64,000 nt of DNA from the NCBI GenBank assembly GCA_051313645.2, contig JBNRSN020000012.1, positions 167,772,001-167,836,000 of the forward strand. Reading direction: 5' to 3'. This DNA comes from Centroscyllium fabricii (taxonomy: Eukaryota). Positions within the stretch are counted from its first letter, which is position 1. The number at the start of each line of letters is the position of its first letter. A model generated the notes under the pieces. The model saw nothing but the letters and a program-made list of their open reading frames with translations. It did no database searches and was not told the DNA's origin. Below are positions 37,500-51,642 of this stretch, in pieces. The position numbers were made by a program, and so were the translations under genes.

Positions 37500-37890
37500 C
37501 TGTTTAACCCATTGGACTCTCTCTCCGGTGCTCTAACATCCAATGGTATTGAATGGTCAGAATGTCTTTAGTCTCTGCTACCTTACCTGTTGGATTATTC
37601 CAAACAGTTGGCATTCTTTGGGTAAAGTAGTTCTCTCCAATATCTTTAAAATTTCCCTTTCCCTCATTTAAATTGGCATTCCTGATTTTCTTTGAAATTG
37701 TTTTGAGATTACCATTTAATATTGCACACACTTCCATGAGGTCTGTTGTCAGCCACCTCTCTAAACTGTAACGTTTAGGCTTCTGTAATCTATTTACTTG
37801 GCTCATTCCCTCTACATTTGGGATTAATCCTGTTGCTTTTCTCTGCGCCCTCTTCACTGTTTGCGTGTACTTTTAATAGCTTGGTGACTA
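37500..37890 (-). mobile_element. Highly decayed CR1 3' fragment
   Basis: QRKATGLIP, YSLERW and YFTQRMPTVWN motifs. Confidence 0.65.
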
Positions 37891-40800
37891 AAACAGTACT
37901 GCAGACGTTGCCTTGTTAGGTTTTATTTTGGAAAATTCCTTGGGAGGCACTTTAACCTTAAATTTACAAGAAACCGGTGATTCCGCAGTATTATGCAACT
38001 TTAAAGAATATATTGATTGCCTTTATATGGTAGTCAACCATTTTTCAATGACCAAAGCCAGAAAGCAAATAACACTAAACCTGGGCAAAGTACTTGTGTT
38101 AGGTTATCTCCTGACTAATGATCACTACCAGTACCAGTGAAACACCAACTAGTAACCTTAACTGGGAGCCCATGCCAGTGCTCCGAATGCTAATGGGCAG
38201 GAGGAGACCAACCACTGGTGGTTTGCTCAGCAGCTAGTACCAAAATCCAGCTCTGGCATGGACTTTGAGTTGATGTGTGGAATGCTGGTTTTAGTGATTG
38301 GATGTGATTTGTTGGTTTGGTCTGTTGATATTTATGTGGAGGGCAGGGGTTAAGCATTTTGATAGAACAGTGAAGGCTGATGCTTGTGCAGTAATACATC
38401 GGTTAGAGCGAAGGACCAGTGGTGAACTTTGGAATTGGTGCCTATCCGAACAATTCAGTTGATTCAAAAATATATCTACCGGCTCAAAACATCCCTACTA
38501 AGATATATCCTAGAAGTGTGCCATAAACTAATATCTAGTCAAGAAATGGACCATAAGGGAGAGAGTTTCTCATTTATGGAGTTGAGGTATGGATCAGCCA
38601 CGATCTAACTGGCCGAACAGGCTTGAGGGGCTGAGTGGCATGCTGCTATTCCTATGTTTTCTATTTGTTTTCCATTTGTTATCTTTTTTTAATCTTGCAG
38701 CTAAATGTGTTAATTTTAATTGTATCTGGGTGTAAGAAATTCCACTGAATTCATTCCAGATCAAGCAAGTTGCTGGATAATGGTGATATAAGCTGGAGTA
38801 AATTGGAAGAGTGCTGAAAATTAATACCCACATGTCCAACCTTTTTGCACTGCTGTGCAACTGTCATGCTTGTATCCTAGGACTTTTTTAATGGGTGAAT
38901 CTTCTATAAAGGAGGTTAATGAGTATTGTGATTGCAGTGGGTATTGACTGGAATGCTGCCTGGTGATGGGCAGTGAGTGATTGCAGCACTACCCCCTTTT
39001 CCCCTTCTCTCCTGCTCCTCATCTCTGAACAAGTCCCTCCCTTCCCAAAGTGCCAAATCCTGTGCCTTCACTTTGCTCAAATTCAGAACTCTGAAAGCTC
39101 CTCAAGAGCGTGCTTTATTGGCTGCGGTTTGCAATGTAGCTGTGTTGATTTTTTAAATCGAGGAACACGCACAGCAGGGGGGCGTGTTGGTTCAAAGTGC
39201 CTTGTACCTAGATAGTTGGTAGGACCTGTACAGTGTATGTGCAGGGTGTGATGGTGAGTTGTGTAATAAATGCTCCTTATTTGTTGTCTGTATTTGTGAT
39301 TTTAACTAAATTTCTATATGCAAATGCTAATCCAAGGCCCTAAATGCCAAATACTAATTGGGCATATTGAAATAATGTATGTAATGGTTTCATTTTTTTT
39401 TTTTTTTTAAAGTGCCCTAAATTTAGATGGTATCTCATTCTCATTATTGTCATTGGGGCGGGTAAAGGAGAAGGTAATTCTATTATTGATCTTGTTTTTA
39501 TCTTATTGCTTTAATTATGACTAATATTTGATGCAGGGCTTGAATGCAACTTTACTCCCCTACCTTACAGGTGTCAGTACTTTGCTAGTACCTGTCATTC
39601 ACCAGCTTGAATTCTAGTGACTTTGGATATCATTCCATTGACTAAAACAGACAAAAGTCTTAAGTGAAAGATATAGATTGTAAGGAGCTTTGGGAATAGG
39701 TATTACAGTATCTGAAGATCACTGTACAGAAATGATGGCTGAGTGTCAGTATCCAGCGTGGGGTTCAGGAGGCTGAATTTGTAATGGTGACTGGCAGAAC
39801 GGAAAGCTCCTTGTGCTCAGCTGGTGGTGTAATGTTAAATTCAAGCCCTGTGTTCAACAGCTGTCCATGTTCACTCCACACTTGGCGTTTGATCTGTATA
39901 AAAACCACTGGCTGATGAAGTTATTGTATGAACTGTTGCTAATCGGGAGCCATGGGCTTGGAGGTACTAAGTGAGTCCGATCTTAAATAAAAAAAGTTTT
40001 TTTTTACTGACATTTGCTTTTTTAATTAAAAAACATCCTGTTCATTTTAATTTGTACAATTTCAAGTTCGTCATAACTGAAAGTGTGTGGAAGTTCTGTA
40101 CAGTGGAGAGAGAGCAGGATAGCTGATAGTGCCTTGCCGGTGGGGGGGGAGGGTAGATCAGGGAGAATGGGGCTAACTCACTGCCTCGTGCAAGGACAAG
40201 GATCACTCCATACTTGTCTGGAGGGAGGGAGAAATCAAAGAGAGGGAAGATTATGGAACAGCAGGAACGGCTCCATGCACTGCCCGAGGGAGGAAGGACG
40301 AGGAATGGTGGGGTTGACTCCATGGCTGTTTTGGAAAAGGAAGGTGGTGATAACCTGCACAATTATTGGTCTCCTGCAATATTCCCTGTTTAATAATGGA
40401 CACAAGGGCCCTTGACCCAGGCAGCAGAGGATTTAACCCCATGGGCACATGAATGGAAACCCTTGTTACAGTGTGATCTTTTTGTCAATGTGGTCACCCA
40501 GCATCTAGCTATGGAGTCGTTATCAGAGTATTGCTCTGTGTGTTCCACGCCATCACTGGTATTGGCCAAGGGGCTCATGTTGTCACTGGTATTTTAGTTG
40601 GTACTATTTTTTGGGACCTGGTATTTGAGGCAATGTGACAGGGACCTTTGGCAAATGACCAAATGCTTTCAGTCTAGAAGCTGATCTAGGCAAGTGCCGT
40701 TAAGCATAAGTGCAAGAGTATTTGGAGCTGAGGAGAGCAGATGAAGATGTAGAACGATGTGGTCAGTAATGGTAACTCTAGGTAACCGATTGATACCATC

Positions 40801-43484
40801 ATTAATAGAAGGCGGAGCACCTTCTTCATCTGAGAAAAATGGCTGCCAGCTGCCAATGGCATTTCTTGTTTTGTGCCAAAACATGGCGCCATTGGCCATG
40901 AAGAACAAAGCTACAGGGTGATTCAGACCTGCTTTTGTGCTGCTGTGAATCCGACACCTAGTACTCCTAATTTACAGTTTTCTTGCATTATCGGTGAGAA
41001 TATTGGTCACCGGTATAAAAAGAATTGCAGCAGGTTTGCAAAACAATGCTTGAAAGGGTTCAGAATCTCTTGAACAATAACTGGTTATGTGAGCGCATCT
41101 CAGATTGATGCAATGAGGGCTGTTGGTAATTTGTGTAATTTTATATAAAAGAACAATAAACGAGACATAAATAACAGTTTGCTGCTTTACTGATTTTTTT
41201 TTTGTGTGTAATCTTCTACTTTGCCATTTGTGTTTTTCCTTTCTGAGCTCAGGTTTGTACCCTTTGTTCCTACTGAATTTTGATAGGAATGATAGCAAAT
41301 AAATGAGAGGATGATGCAAAGAAGATAAGTACCATAATCAACAACAGGGAATTTTTTAAAAGTTTGTGTAGGGATGTTGCAATTTCCCATGTATCTGTCA
41401 TTGCAGCAAGATGATAAATGTTCTAAGTATTCAACAGCCTATGAGTTACATCAGTGGGTTACAAGCAACATAGTTTAAGCAACCATTATTTCCTAGGTGC
41501 ACATTGCATTTATGCCAGAATTTTTTGTGTGCACCTGAACTAGCATTTTCAGAAGGTCCCAGGCCACTCGTTTTGGAGCAGCTTTCAGTGGCTCCCTGAA
41601 ACCAGGGTCCTGGTATGTAATATGGTTCCACCAGTACAGATATTGAACCTGATTCCCTTGTCTCTTGCATTCATCTCGGCTGCGGAGTCTATAATAGGGT
41701 TACATTTCTCCGTGTTCTTGTACAGCGGTTACTATTTTTTTAATGTTTAAAGTGATTGGTATGAATGAATTGGATGTTAGTGCAAATAACCTGTAATCCT
41801 GTGCCAAGCTTCACCTGGTATTGAGGTAGGGGATACTCATTAAATGCAGCTTAGAAGTAATTATTCTGTTCTCTGTTTGCATTCCAGTTTGAAGTGTTTA
41901 GCAGCAAACCAGTCTTACTGAGTGAGAACAGTGGTATTTTAGGATTGAACAATAGCACACATCCAAGCTTGTAATAACTAATAGTCTCAGTCGTGCTTGC
42001 AAGTTTGACTACTTGAGTTGTGTGTCATTATTTTCTAGCTAGATGACTTTGCCCGTGAGCCGCTCTTTGCTTTTGTTTTAAAGCTATATGCGTGGATGAA
42101 AACTAAATAACAGCCTGGATATAACATGCTGGAAAACTCCAGAGGGCGGCTGCCTTGTTGGAGGTGATGCCCTTCCGATGACTTGTTAAGCAAGACCCTG
42201 TCTGCCTCTTACAGTGATTCAGGTGGAAATTAAGGATCGCATGGCACCATTTGAAGAAGGGAGTTCCTCTAGCTCACTAGCCAACATTCCTCCCTCAACC
42301 AACACCACCAAAAACAGATTAACTGGTCATTCATCTTTGTGCTGTTTGTGGGATCTTGCTGTATGTAAAATGACTGCCATGTTTGCCTGTGTAACAGCCA
42401 CTGCACTTCAGAATAGCACATTGAGCATGAAGCATTTTGAGATGCTTGTGGTGCATAAAAGGCAACATATAAGTGCAAGTCTTTCTGCAATATTGTATAA
42501 TAGGAATTGAGCAGAATCAGTGTGATTCATAATGGACAGTACTTAGAACTGTAAATAATAGTCACCTGATCTAGTATCTCCAAATAGTCTAAAGCAATTG
42601 GAGATATGAACGAATGAATTTCTTCCTATCTTGCACTTCCAAGCAGGTTGTTGAAAGGGAAGCATAACACACATTCCAATCTTGGTGACTCTTTCAAACC
42701 TGTTTCAGATGCCTTCAGTGTGACTTTAGTGGCCGTTTTTATTGCAGACTTTGTGGAATTTTCACTGACATCATTGAGGAGGCTGGTAATATTTCGGAAT
42801 TATTTTGGTGTAAAAAGGATGATTTCTATTATTCCCACCTCTGATTTTGTTGTAACGTGTAGGTATGTAATTGGTGGTCAGCGAGTTTCTTGGTAAGTAT
42901 GTATGGTAATAACTGGCTGTACAGGAACATTGGAGCTTTCCACCCCAAAGTAGGAGTGGGCTGGGGTGGCGAGAGCAAGGTAGTCATTGAATTCTTTGGC
43001 TGGGGAGAGTACTATGCATAATTACCAAGTTTTCTGCAAGTCTGCTGCAAAGATTGTGCTGCAAGAATATTTATGCCTCTTTATACGTACTTCTCAATAT
43101 TACATGTGCCTTGAGCAGTCAGTGCACCTGTGCACCGGGGGATTGGTTAGCAGGTTAATCTTTGTACAGGAGCTTGTGTTGTCCCATCATCCTTTGGCCC
43201 TTCCACTCTTAACGATAGCTGTTGTTCAGTATCTTCAGTCTCAGCATTGTGTTTAGCTGTTCATGTCATAACCTTTTTGGCTGCAGGTTTGAGTTCCAGG
43301 GTTTCTTATCACTGCGATCTGCAGACACCTGGATGAAGGTGCTAACTTAAGCTTAGGATAAAGTAGATTTGGCATCATGACTGCGTGGTGAGGGAATGCT
43401 TATTCATCTGTAGAAGTTATATACACACACATTTGTCACCCAGCTGATGTTCCCGATGTCAAAAGATCTCGGAGGCATAAAGTA

Positions 43485-43836
43485 CAGGTACACAACCCCT
43501 TATCCGCAACTCCAAAAACCAAAAAGCTCCAAAAACCAAAATCCCAAGTTATGCCAAAATAATCATTTTTTTCTTAAATAAATTGAAGGAAGTGACCAGC
43601 TGCAGCAGAAAAAAATGTTTTTACCTTCATGCCATGCTGTTGATGCCGTGCTGAGTAAATAAACGGCCGATATGCCGTTCCAGTATATGCCGTTCCCCGA
43701 CTGCGAACTGGGCCGCAAACACGGCAATGCGCATGTGATCTGCGCATGCGCACTGGGCAAACTCTAAAAACTGAAAAATCCCAAAAACCGAGACCCGCCC
43801 GGTCCCGAGGCTTTCGGATAAAGGGTTGTGTACCTG
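43485..43836. mobile_element. Tigger-like MITE, family A (second copy)
   Basis: TIRs CAGGTACACAACCCCTTATCCG / CGGATAAAGGGTTGTGTACCTG with TA flanks. Internally homologous to 13260-13601. Confidence 0.88.
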
Positions 43837-46800
43837 TACCTGTTTTTTTTCTCTTCGTATGTGTGGAGGATGCTAAGTGGAAAAACATTTTGTGACAGCA
43901 TTTCAGTTTTTCTTCCTCCGTAACAATCTCCTGTTTATCCTTATTTGGCAGCCAGTGTTAAACTGCCGAGTTTTAAAGTTTTTGTTCGGAAAAATGTCAT
44001 AAACGTAAGGATTCTGCACGAGCAAGGCAGGGAACAACTTCAATGTTTGTTTAAAATTCACAACTTTTTCCAGTAACCTGTCACATTTCCCTACAACACA
44101 AGAGACTGCACTTCAAAGGTACTTCATTGGCTGTGATGCGCTTTGGGATGTGAAAGGTGCTGTATAAATGCAAGTTATTTCTTTCACAAAGATCTGCTCC
44201 TGTTCAAATAGGTGCTATGGCACTATTTGAAGAAGGAGCAAGGGAATTTTCCTGGTGTCCTAGCCAACGTTTGTCCCTCAATCAAAAACAAAAGCAGCAG
44301 ATCTTGTCATTTATTTCATTGCTGTGTGTGGGAGCTTGCTGTACGTAAATGATCTGCCGCATTTCCCTACATTACAACAGAGACTACACTTCAAAAGTAA
44401 TTCATTGTCTGTGAAACACTGGTAGGTGAAAGGCCCTATATAAAAATATTCACCTGTTCAAAACAAATTGACAGCTGTTAGATGCTTTCATTGCACTGGG
44501 CAATATTCAGCTTGGCAAATTTATCTAAAGCAAAGAGCAGAGATTTTGAACCTGTGCAGTAACCTTTAATTTCCTTTTGCTGTCAAGCCCTGGGGAATGG
44601 CAGAAGTTCCTGGGTGTTGGTCTATTATTAGCGGTTAGACACCAGCTCCAACAGTAGTATATCAGTACAGCTTGGGGCTGAGGGCGTAACTGTTTTTGGG
44701 GTATCTTTTCAATGAAGGATATTTTTTGAATGGTTTTTATGTGGGCTTGTTCTTTGTCTTTACAAAAGATTCCACCGGGGCAAGAGTCAAATATACATTA
44801 CAGCAAAACTAATGAAGTAGTTCTGCCCATTGCTGTGTATTTTTGCTTTCATCTTTGTCAATGTGAAAATGGCAATATCTTGAGGGAGAAGGGAGCAAAT
44901 GTGCAAAAGTTTAAAAGTTGCTTATTAGCAGGGCTTTTGTTTCTCTGTGGGCTGGGAGGGGGGAATACTATAAAGTTTAAAATTTTGTGGCCCCTTGTTT
45001 TGTGTTTGTGGAAGTGTTCGAGGAGGCGAGGTGCAGTGGAGTGAAATGTTTTTAAATGCCCAAAGCACTTGTTTAGATGTTTAGTCCACGTCACGTGGCT
45101 CATGCCCTTTCCCCAGAGTGCAAGCCCCCCTCCCCCTGCTCTATAGAATCTAATACTAATTTGGCTTTTCATTGCGATACAAGCTTGGATTTTCAGTTAT
45201 GAACCTATGATAAATTTGTGCACAGTAGTTTCACAATGAATCGGCCCCAATGATGGGTTTTAAACATAGTTCTAGATGTTTATCTGAATATAATTGAATT
45301 CTAAATAATAGTGCTCAATTAAAGGATCAGAAAGTACTGTTTAAAGAGCATTTCTTTAATCTGGTGTATATGCCCCATCCTTTATTTAAATTGATCTGTT
45401 TATAGCCTATTCTGGAGTTCCCACACAGGTACTTCCCGAAATCGGCTCTTACCTTTATTCCCTTTCCAATTTTCTTCCTCTCGTAAGCACTTACTCCGTG
45501 GTTCCATAAGAGTGAACAGCTCTCTGGGATCTCACTCAAGTGATCATTCTTCCTGTGTGAACTTAGACAGCGAGTGTCTACAGGCTACTTGACTGTGGAG
45601 GCATCTAGCTGAGGTTGATCCTCCAATGTAGTTTTCCAACCAGGAACCCCAACTTTTCCACCGACCTTGCGTGTGGGCATATGCCACTGATGTGCCCAGA
45701 ACCTCAATTAACTTTAACTTAACACAGACCAGAGAGCCCAGAACGGCACTGCACGTTGTTTACCAAAAGCCATCGGGGAACAAAAATAATGAATTGCCTC
45801 CTGTACTATCGACAAATATTGTCCTTAGTGGTGTGTTTTGTCTTGAATGGGAATGCTTGTTTGGAAATGTGTTACATTAACTTTACAGAAGATGCACAGT
45901 GAACGACAAATAGCAACAGAAACATGGTTCAATCAACTTTTTAGGGTACATTTACACTGTTGGTTTAGTGTTCCTGTTAAGCACCAATGGTAAATTTATC
46001 TTCAGTAAATCTGGAGTTAAGCAGAGTTAAAACACTCCTAGTGTTGGCTCTAGCTTTGCTCTACTGTCAGGTTAGACTGTGGTTCCAGATTTAGGCTACA
46101 TTTACACTGTAACCAGCATTGGTGTGACATGAAATCATTGGCACTTGTGGCTTTTGAGACAATCTTTACAGTACAGGTGGCTTGGAATTTTAAGAATGGA
46201 AGCAGAACTGAGAGTTTGAGACAACTATAAATGGACCCTGCAGAGTTTCAAAACTCACATCTAATGAAACTTTGTCAAAAGGACACTTTTCTGAACCTTG
46301 AACCAAAACTGAATCAAAACAACAGGTGCTCTTCCTTTACCTTTTTTAGAGTGTGGTTGAGGTTGTTGCTGCAGTACCTTGGGTGATTCAAGGTAGCAGG
46401 CGATTAATGTACACATATCTCTCATTTGGCTGTTAGCTGACTACATGTAACTGAAGCTGATGACACCGACTGGGAGAATTCACCAATTCATTAAAAACAT
46501 GAATAATTGCAAACCTTTTGTGCGTGATGGATAATAGATTTGGATTGGGAATTGTGCAGTAACTGCTGGGAAGGAGTGGGAGTTGCACTACTGGAGGTGT
46601 AGAGAGTGGAATTGAAATGATTGCCTGTCAGATGTGAGGTGACCTGATGTTGACTGTGCTAGATTTTCTCTGATAGAAAATTGCACAACAAATTGGAAGA
46701 AAGTGGTTGTTTTGAAATTAAAAACAAACACTGGGGAGAAAGGGGACCAGGATGAGCAAAATGTACCTTGACCAGTCTTTCCCATAAGTAAACTGTCAAA

Positions 46801-47574
46801 TCCTCAGATTTAAAAAAAGGAATGCGCCCTGAGATATTTGTGTAAAACCAATACACCCATTGGCAGGCATAGCAAAATACTACAGCTGCTAGAAATCAAA
46901 CAAAAAACAGAAAATGTTGGAAGAAGGTGGCAGGCTAGTCAGTACCTGCGGTGAACACAAGTTTCTGATTTAGTTGCGCTCTCTCCAGGACACCCGTTAC
47001 CAAGATTTACTGTAGCTGCCTTTGTTTATCACACTCCTCCAATGACATTGGCCCACCTCCTGCAGAGGCACGACATGCACTTTGCGCTTCTTCCTGACTC
47101 AGCCTGTTGTGTGCAGGGTTGATGCACTCTCCCACATTAAGACTGCCAGTGCTGTACCTTTTTTTTGTCACCAGTCAGTTGCGACAGGGAGCTCTGTTGA
47201 ATGACTATAGGCAACAACCTGACCTCATTCAGTACAGTGGAACTGGAGATCCTTCAGCCAATATCTTAGTGCGATCCTCCTCTGGGGGAACAGTTTTTAT
47301 TCACTCCATAGCACCGAGGCCACAGTGTGGATGATGAAAGTGGACGTCGACATTTAATGTTGCTTTTCAAGCTGCCATACAAAAGATAGCGTGAGCAATT
47401 ACTTGTTAACCTACACTGTTACCAAACATGCACAAGCTAGCTATAATGTGTTCTCTTGGCCTCCCTCCAAATAGTGGAACATTTCCGATTGAGCACTGGG
47501 TTTCACTGCCCATTTGCTTACCTTTCACAAAAACTTGGATGCGAGTATCATGTCAAACTTCCTGGGTCAGGTAT

Positions 47575-47705
47575 TCCAGTCTCGATAAAGGGTCCCGACC
47601 CGAAACGTTGACTCTTGTTCCTCTCTTCACGGATGTTGCCTGAGCTGCTGAGTTTTTCCAGCATTTTCTGTTATTTTGGATTTCCAGCATCTGCAGTATT
47701 TTATC
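47575..47705 (+). mobile_element. Penelope-like terminal repeat remnant
   Basis: AAGGGTC..GACCCGAAACGTTGAC...CTGCTGAGTTTTTCCAGCATTTTCTG...TTCCAGCATCTGCAGT. A diverged inverted counterpart lies near 46870-46950. Confidence 0.6.
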
Positions 47706-48375
47706 ATTCCTGTGTCAGTTTAGTGTCACACTTGGCATTAATTATAAGAACACTTCTTGCAGCTGATTGGCAAATATGAAAGTTGACCAATCAGACAAAT
47801 TAAAGCTCCGTAATGGATAGGAGTCTCAAACAGTTTGTCCTGCTGCTAACCTTGAACTTTGCCACCACCTGGACTGGTCTTCGACATCCCTGCTATCTTC
47901 ATACAACCCTGGCCACTTTTCCCACCCTACAACCTTCGTATTGGCAGGCCCATGCATGGCACGCAAACCGTACACCCTCACAGCTGTGAGGACTTCATAC
48001 CTGGCCACTACAACAGACAATTCTTGTCAACCTATGTACTTGCTACCAACCCAAGTGCTTCCAGGCCCAGCTGCTTACTCATCCCAGGTACATATCAGCC
48101 TGCATGCTTTCCACCTAACTGCCATAAGCTGCAATCGTACTGTGATCCCAGATCCTAGATTCCCACACACTATTCCCCATGATTGCTCCCAGGTCTAGCC
48201 ATTTCCCACTGCTGCCTCTACATTCCCTCTTGGCCTTGCACTCAGCCCCATTTTCTCACAGCTGCTGTTTTGCAGCACATGTCTCAACAAATTCTTCCCC
48301 CACCACACCTCCAACCTATTGCACACGGCCTTCCTTCATACTCAACATCAGTTCCAGTACATTGGGAAAGGAATA

Positions 48376-48719
48376 TAGGTTGAGCACCGGTAATCCGGCA
48401 CCTGATAGTCCGGCAGCTTCAGTGGTTCGGCACGATTGGAAACCGGTGCTCTTAATTTTGTGGAGCAGCCGCTCGGTGGCACCACTGTTTCCCGCGAAGG
48501 GTGAGCAAGCGGCAACGGCGTTGGGCGTTTGGGTTTCTGTTTTTTTACGTCTTATAAGTGTTCTATCCACGGGCTCCCTCCCGGGGAGTGTTCTTCCGCG
48601 CGCTCCGGGCCCCGGGCCCCGGGGTGTGTTCTACCGCGCGCGCTCCTCCCGAACCTTCAGTGGTTCGTAATTTTCAGTGGCCTGGTCCCGAGGGTGCCGG
48701 ATTAACGGTGCTCAACCTG
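48376..48719. mobile_element. Tigger-like MITE with TIRs related to family B
   Basis: (T)AGGTTGAGCACCGGTAATCCGGCACC / GGTGCCGGATTAACGGTGCTCAACCTG with TA flanks and a CpG-rich interior. Confidence 0.85.
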
Positions 48720-49646
48720 TACATGTGTGAGCCACACACACACACACAACATAAAAGAGAGAGTACACCGGAAGAGACTGTTGCAGAAGGTATGAGAGAG
48801 TAAAAACCAGAAGTATCACAATCATAGAGAGAGAAAGATGGAAGACAAAGAAAAATGATAACTATTGAGTACAAGAGAGAGCTAGTTGTCTTTGTCCATG
48901 CATATTGCCACAGGAGATCAACCATCGTGCATTATATGGTACAGGTACAACCATCCTGTCATACCAAAGGCGTATTTTCTCGCTCACTGAGCAATGCCAG
49001 CTGAGATCTGCTAGTAATATAAAAATAAGTCCATCAGCCTGGGGTTGTGCATGTGTAAAAAAAAGTTGTTGTTACTTTGCACCAGGAATGACTCCAATTT
49101 CAGTCATAAAGCAGCAACGAATTACTATGTGCCAATGAATCACCAAGTGTCAGAGAAATTAAGCCACTATTCATGAAGTTCAAAAACAAAGATCAAAAAT
49201 AGAGAGTCAACACCACTTGCCAATTAAAGAAAGGAGAAGCTGAAGCAATCAAATCACACAAAAATGCTGAAAGTTTACAGATAAAAGTAAAGTTTGTAAC
49301 ATCAAAACTCAAAAATGACCCACTTCTGCCAAAAAAGTTAGTAACTGATCGGACTGCCTGTAAGTTTTGGAGAGGCCTGCTCCTTTATAGTGAGGCTGAG
49401 GCTCAATTTAGAGTGCTTGGCTGGAGCTTGAATGATTTGGTTGGGCTTTGCTGACTCTTTTCACTCAATGCCATGGCACCTCGCCTCGTTTTGGTTCTGA
49501 ATGTAGTTAAGAATCCTTTCTTTGAGTCAAGTGAGCATTCACAAAGCATGCCAGCATTTGCTGTTTATAAACCGTGCCCCCTTGCAGACCAGTATGCAGA
49601 AGCCTGCGAGGTAACCGAGTTAATTAAAAACTGCTTAAAGCCAGGG

Positions 49647-51372
49647 GGGGGGGGGGTGGAACGAAATGGAGAACTCTTTCAAACAACTGACACAGGCATG
49701 ATGGGGCCGAATGGCCTCCTTCCGTGCTGTATGATTGACACTTGCTCCCCAAACCCATAACCATACAGCCACTGATCCAGTTGAGGAGATGCATCGGCTG
49801 ATGGGGAGGATTTGAGAACACTACGGTCAGTGTGGGGCCACCTGCTCCTACCTGCCCTGAATGCTCGATAGTCTGACTACTTGCCCATCCAGCTCAAGTG
49901 CTTTCAGGCTCACTCCTTTCTCCTAAATGCATTCCAGGTCACCCCACTGACTGCTGGGCCTCCACGAGTGGTTGGTGGGTCACATGTTTCCTCACCCAGC
50001 TCAAGTATTCCAGCAACCAGTTGCTTTTGTGTTTCCACCTTTAACATTGTTAAATGCCCCAAGGTGCTTCAGAGATGAAGAGAAACAATGGATGCTGGGC
50101 CTGAGAAGGGGAGGGGTTTAGGGAAGTCATTCTGGAGGATGGGGGCCTGGCAGATGATGGCATAGCCACCAATGTTGGGGAGATGGATGTGCAGGGTGCA
50201 CACGGGCTGGAGTCTGAGGAATGGAGAGTTTGGTAGGTGCTGGAGAAGGTTACGGAGATGGGGAGGGGCTAGGCCATGGATGAGAATTTTAAATTTGAGG
50301 CGATGGGGGATCACGAGCCAATGTAATCCAATGAGGACAGGCATGATTGATGAGCAAGACTTGGTGAGGTGAAGTGAAGTTTGCAGAGTGGATACGGTGG
50401 CATAGTGGTTAGCACTGTTGCCTTACAGCACTGGAGACCCCGGTTCAAATCCAGCCTCGGGTACTATCTGTATGGAGTTTGCACATTCTCCCCGTGTCTG
50501 CGTGGGTTTGGGGGGGGGGTGGAACGAAATGGAGAACTCTTTCAAACAACTGACACAGGCATGATGGGGCCGAATGGCCTCCTTCCGTGCTGTATGATTG
50601 ACACTTGCTCCCCAAACCCATAACCATACAGCCACTGATCCAGTTGAGGAGATGCATCGGCTGATGGGGAGGATTTGAGAACACTACGGTCAGTGTGGGG
50701 CCACCTGCTCCTACCTGCCCTGAATGCTCGATAGTCTGACTACTTGCCCATCCAGCTCAAGTGCTTTCAGGCTCACTCCTTTCTCCTAAATGCATTCCAG
50801 GTCACCCCACTGACTGCTGGGCCTCCACGAGTGGTTGGTGGGTCACATGTTTCCTCACCCAGCTCAAGTATTCCAGCAACCAGTTGCTTTTGTGTTTCCA
50901 CCTTTAACATTGTTAAATGCCCCAAGGTGCTTCAGAGATGAAGAGAAACAATGGATGCTGGGCCTGAGAAGGGGAGGGGTTTAGGGAAGTAATTCTAGAG
51001 GATGGGGGCCTGGCAGATGATGGCATAGCCACCAAAGTTGGGGAGATGGATGTGCAGGGTGCACACGGGCTGGAGTCTGAGGAATGGAGAGTTTGGTAGG
51101 TGCTGGAGAAGGTTACGGAGATGGGGAGGGGCTAGGCCATGGATGAGAATTTTAAATTTGAGGCGATGGGGGATCACGAGCCAATGTAATCCAATGAGGA
51201 CAGGCATGATTGATGAGCAAGACTTGGTGAGGTGAAGTGAAGTTTGCAGAGTGGATACGGTGGCATAGTGGTTAGCACTGTTGCCTTACAGCACTGGAGA
51301 CCCCGGTTCAAATCCAGCCTCGGGTACTATCTGTATGGAGTTTGCACATTCTCCCCGTGTCTGCGTGGGTTT
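49647..51372. repeat. 863-bp direct tandem duplication (49647-50509 and 50510-51372)
   Basis: Identical ORF translations offset by 863 nt (49624/50487 region; 49881 vs 50744). Only a few substitutions and indels. Confidence 0.93.
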
Positions 51373-51642
51373 CCTCCGGGTGCGTCGGTTTCCTCCCACA
51401 GTCCAAAGATGTGCGGGTTAGGTTGATTGGCCAGGATAAATTGACCTGTAGTGTTGGGGGGATTAAATATGTGGGGTTACAGGGAAAGCGTGGGATGTGT
51501 GTCGGTGCAGGCTCGATAGGGATATGGGGAGAGGGCAGGGGTGGGGTGCTGGGTTTGGATGATCAGCCATGATCTTATTGAATGGCGGAGCAGGCTCGAA
51601 GGGCCGAATGGCCTACTCCTGCTCCAATCTTCTATGTTTCTA
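51255..51642 (+). mobile_element. V-type SINE inserted in an L2 fragment
   Basis: A box, B box, core and tail as in the other copies. Confidence 0.85.
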
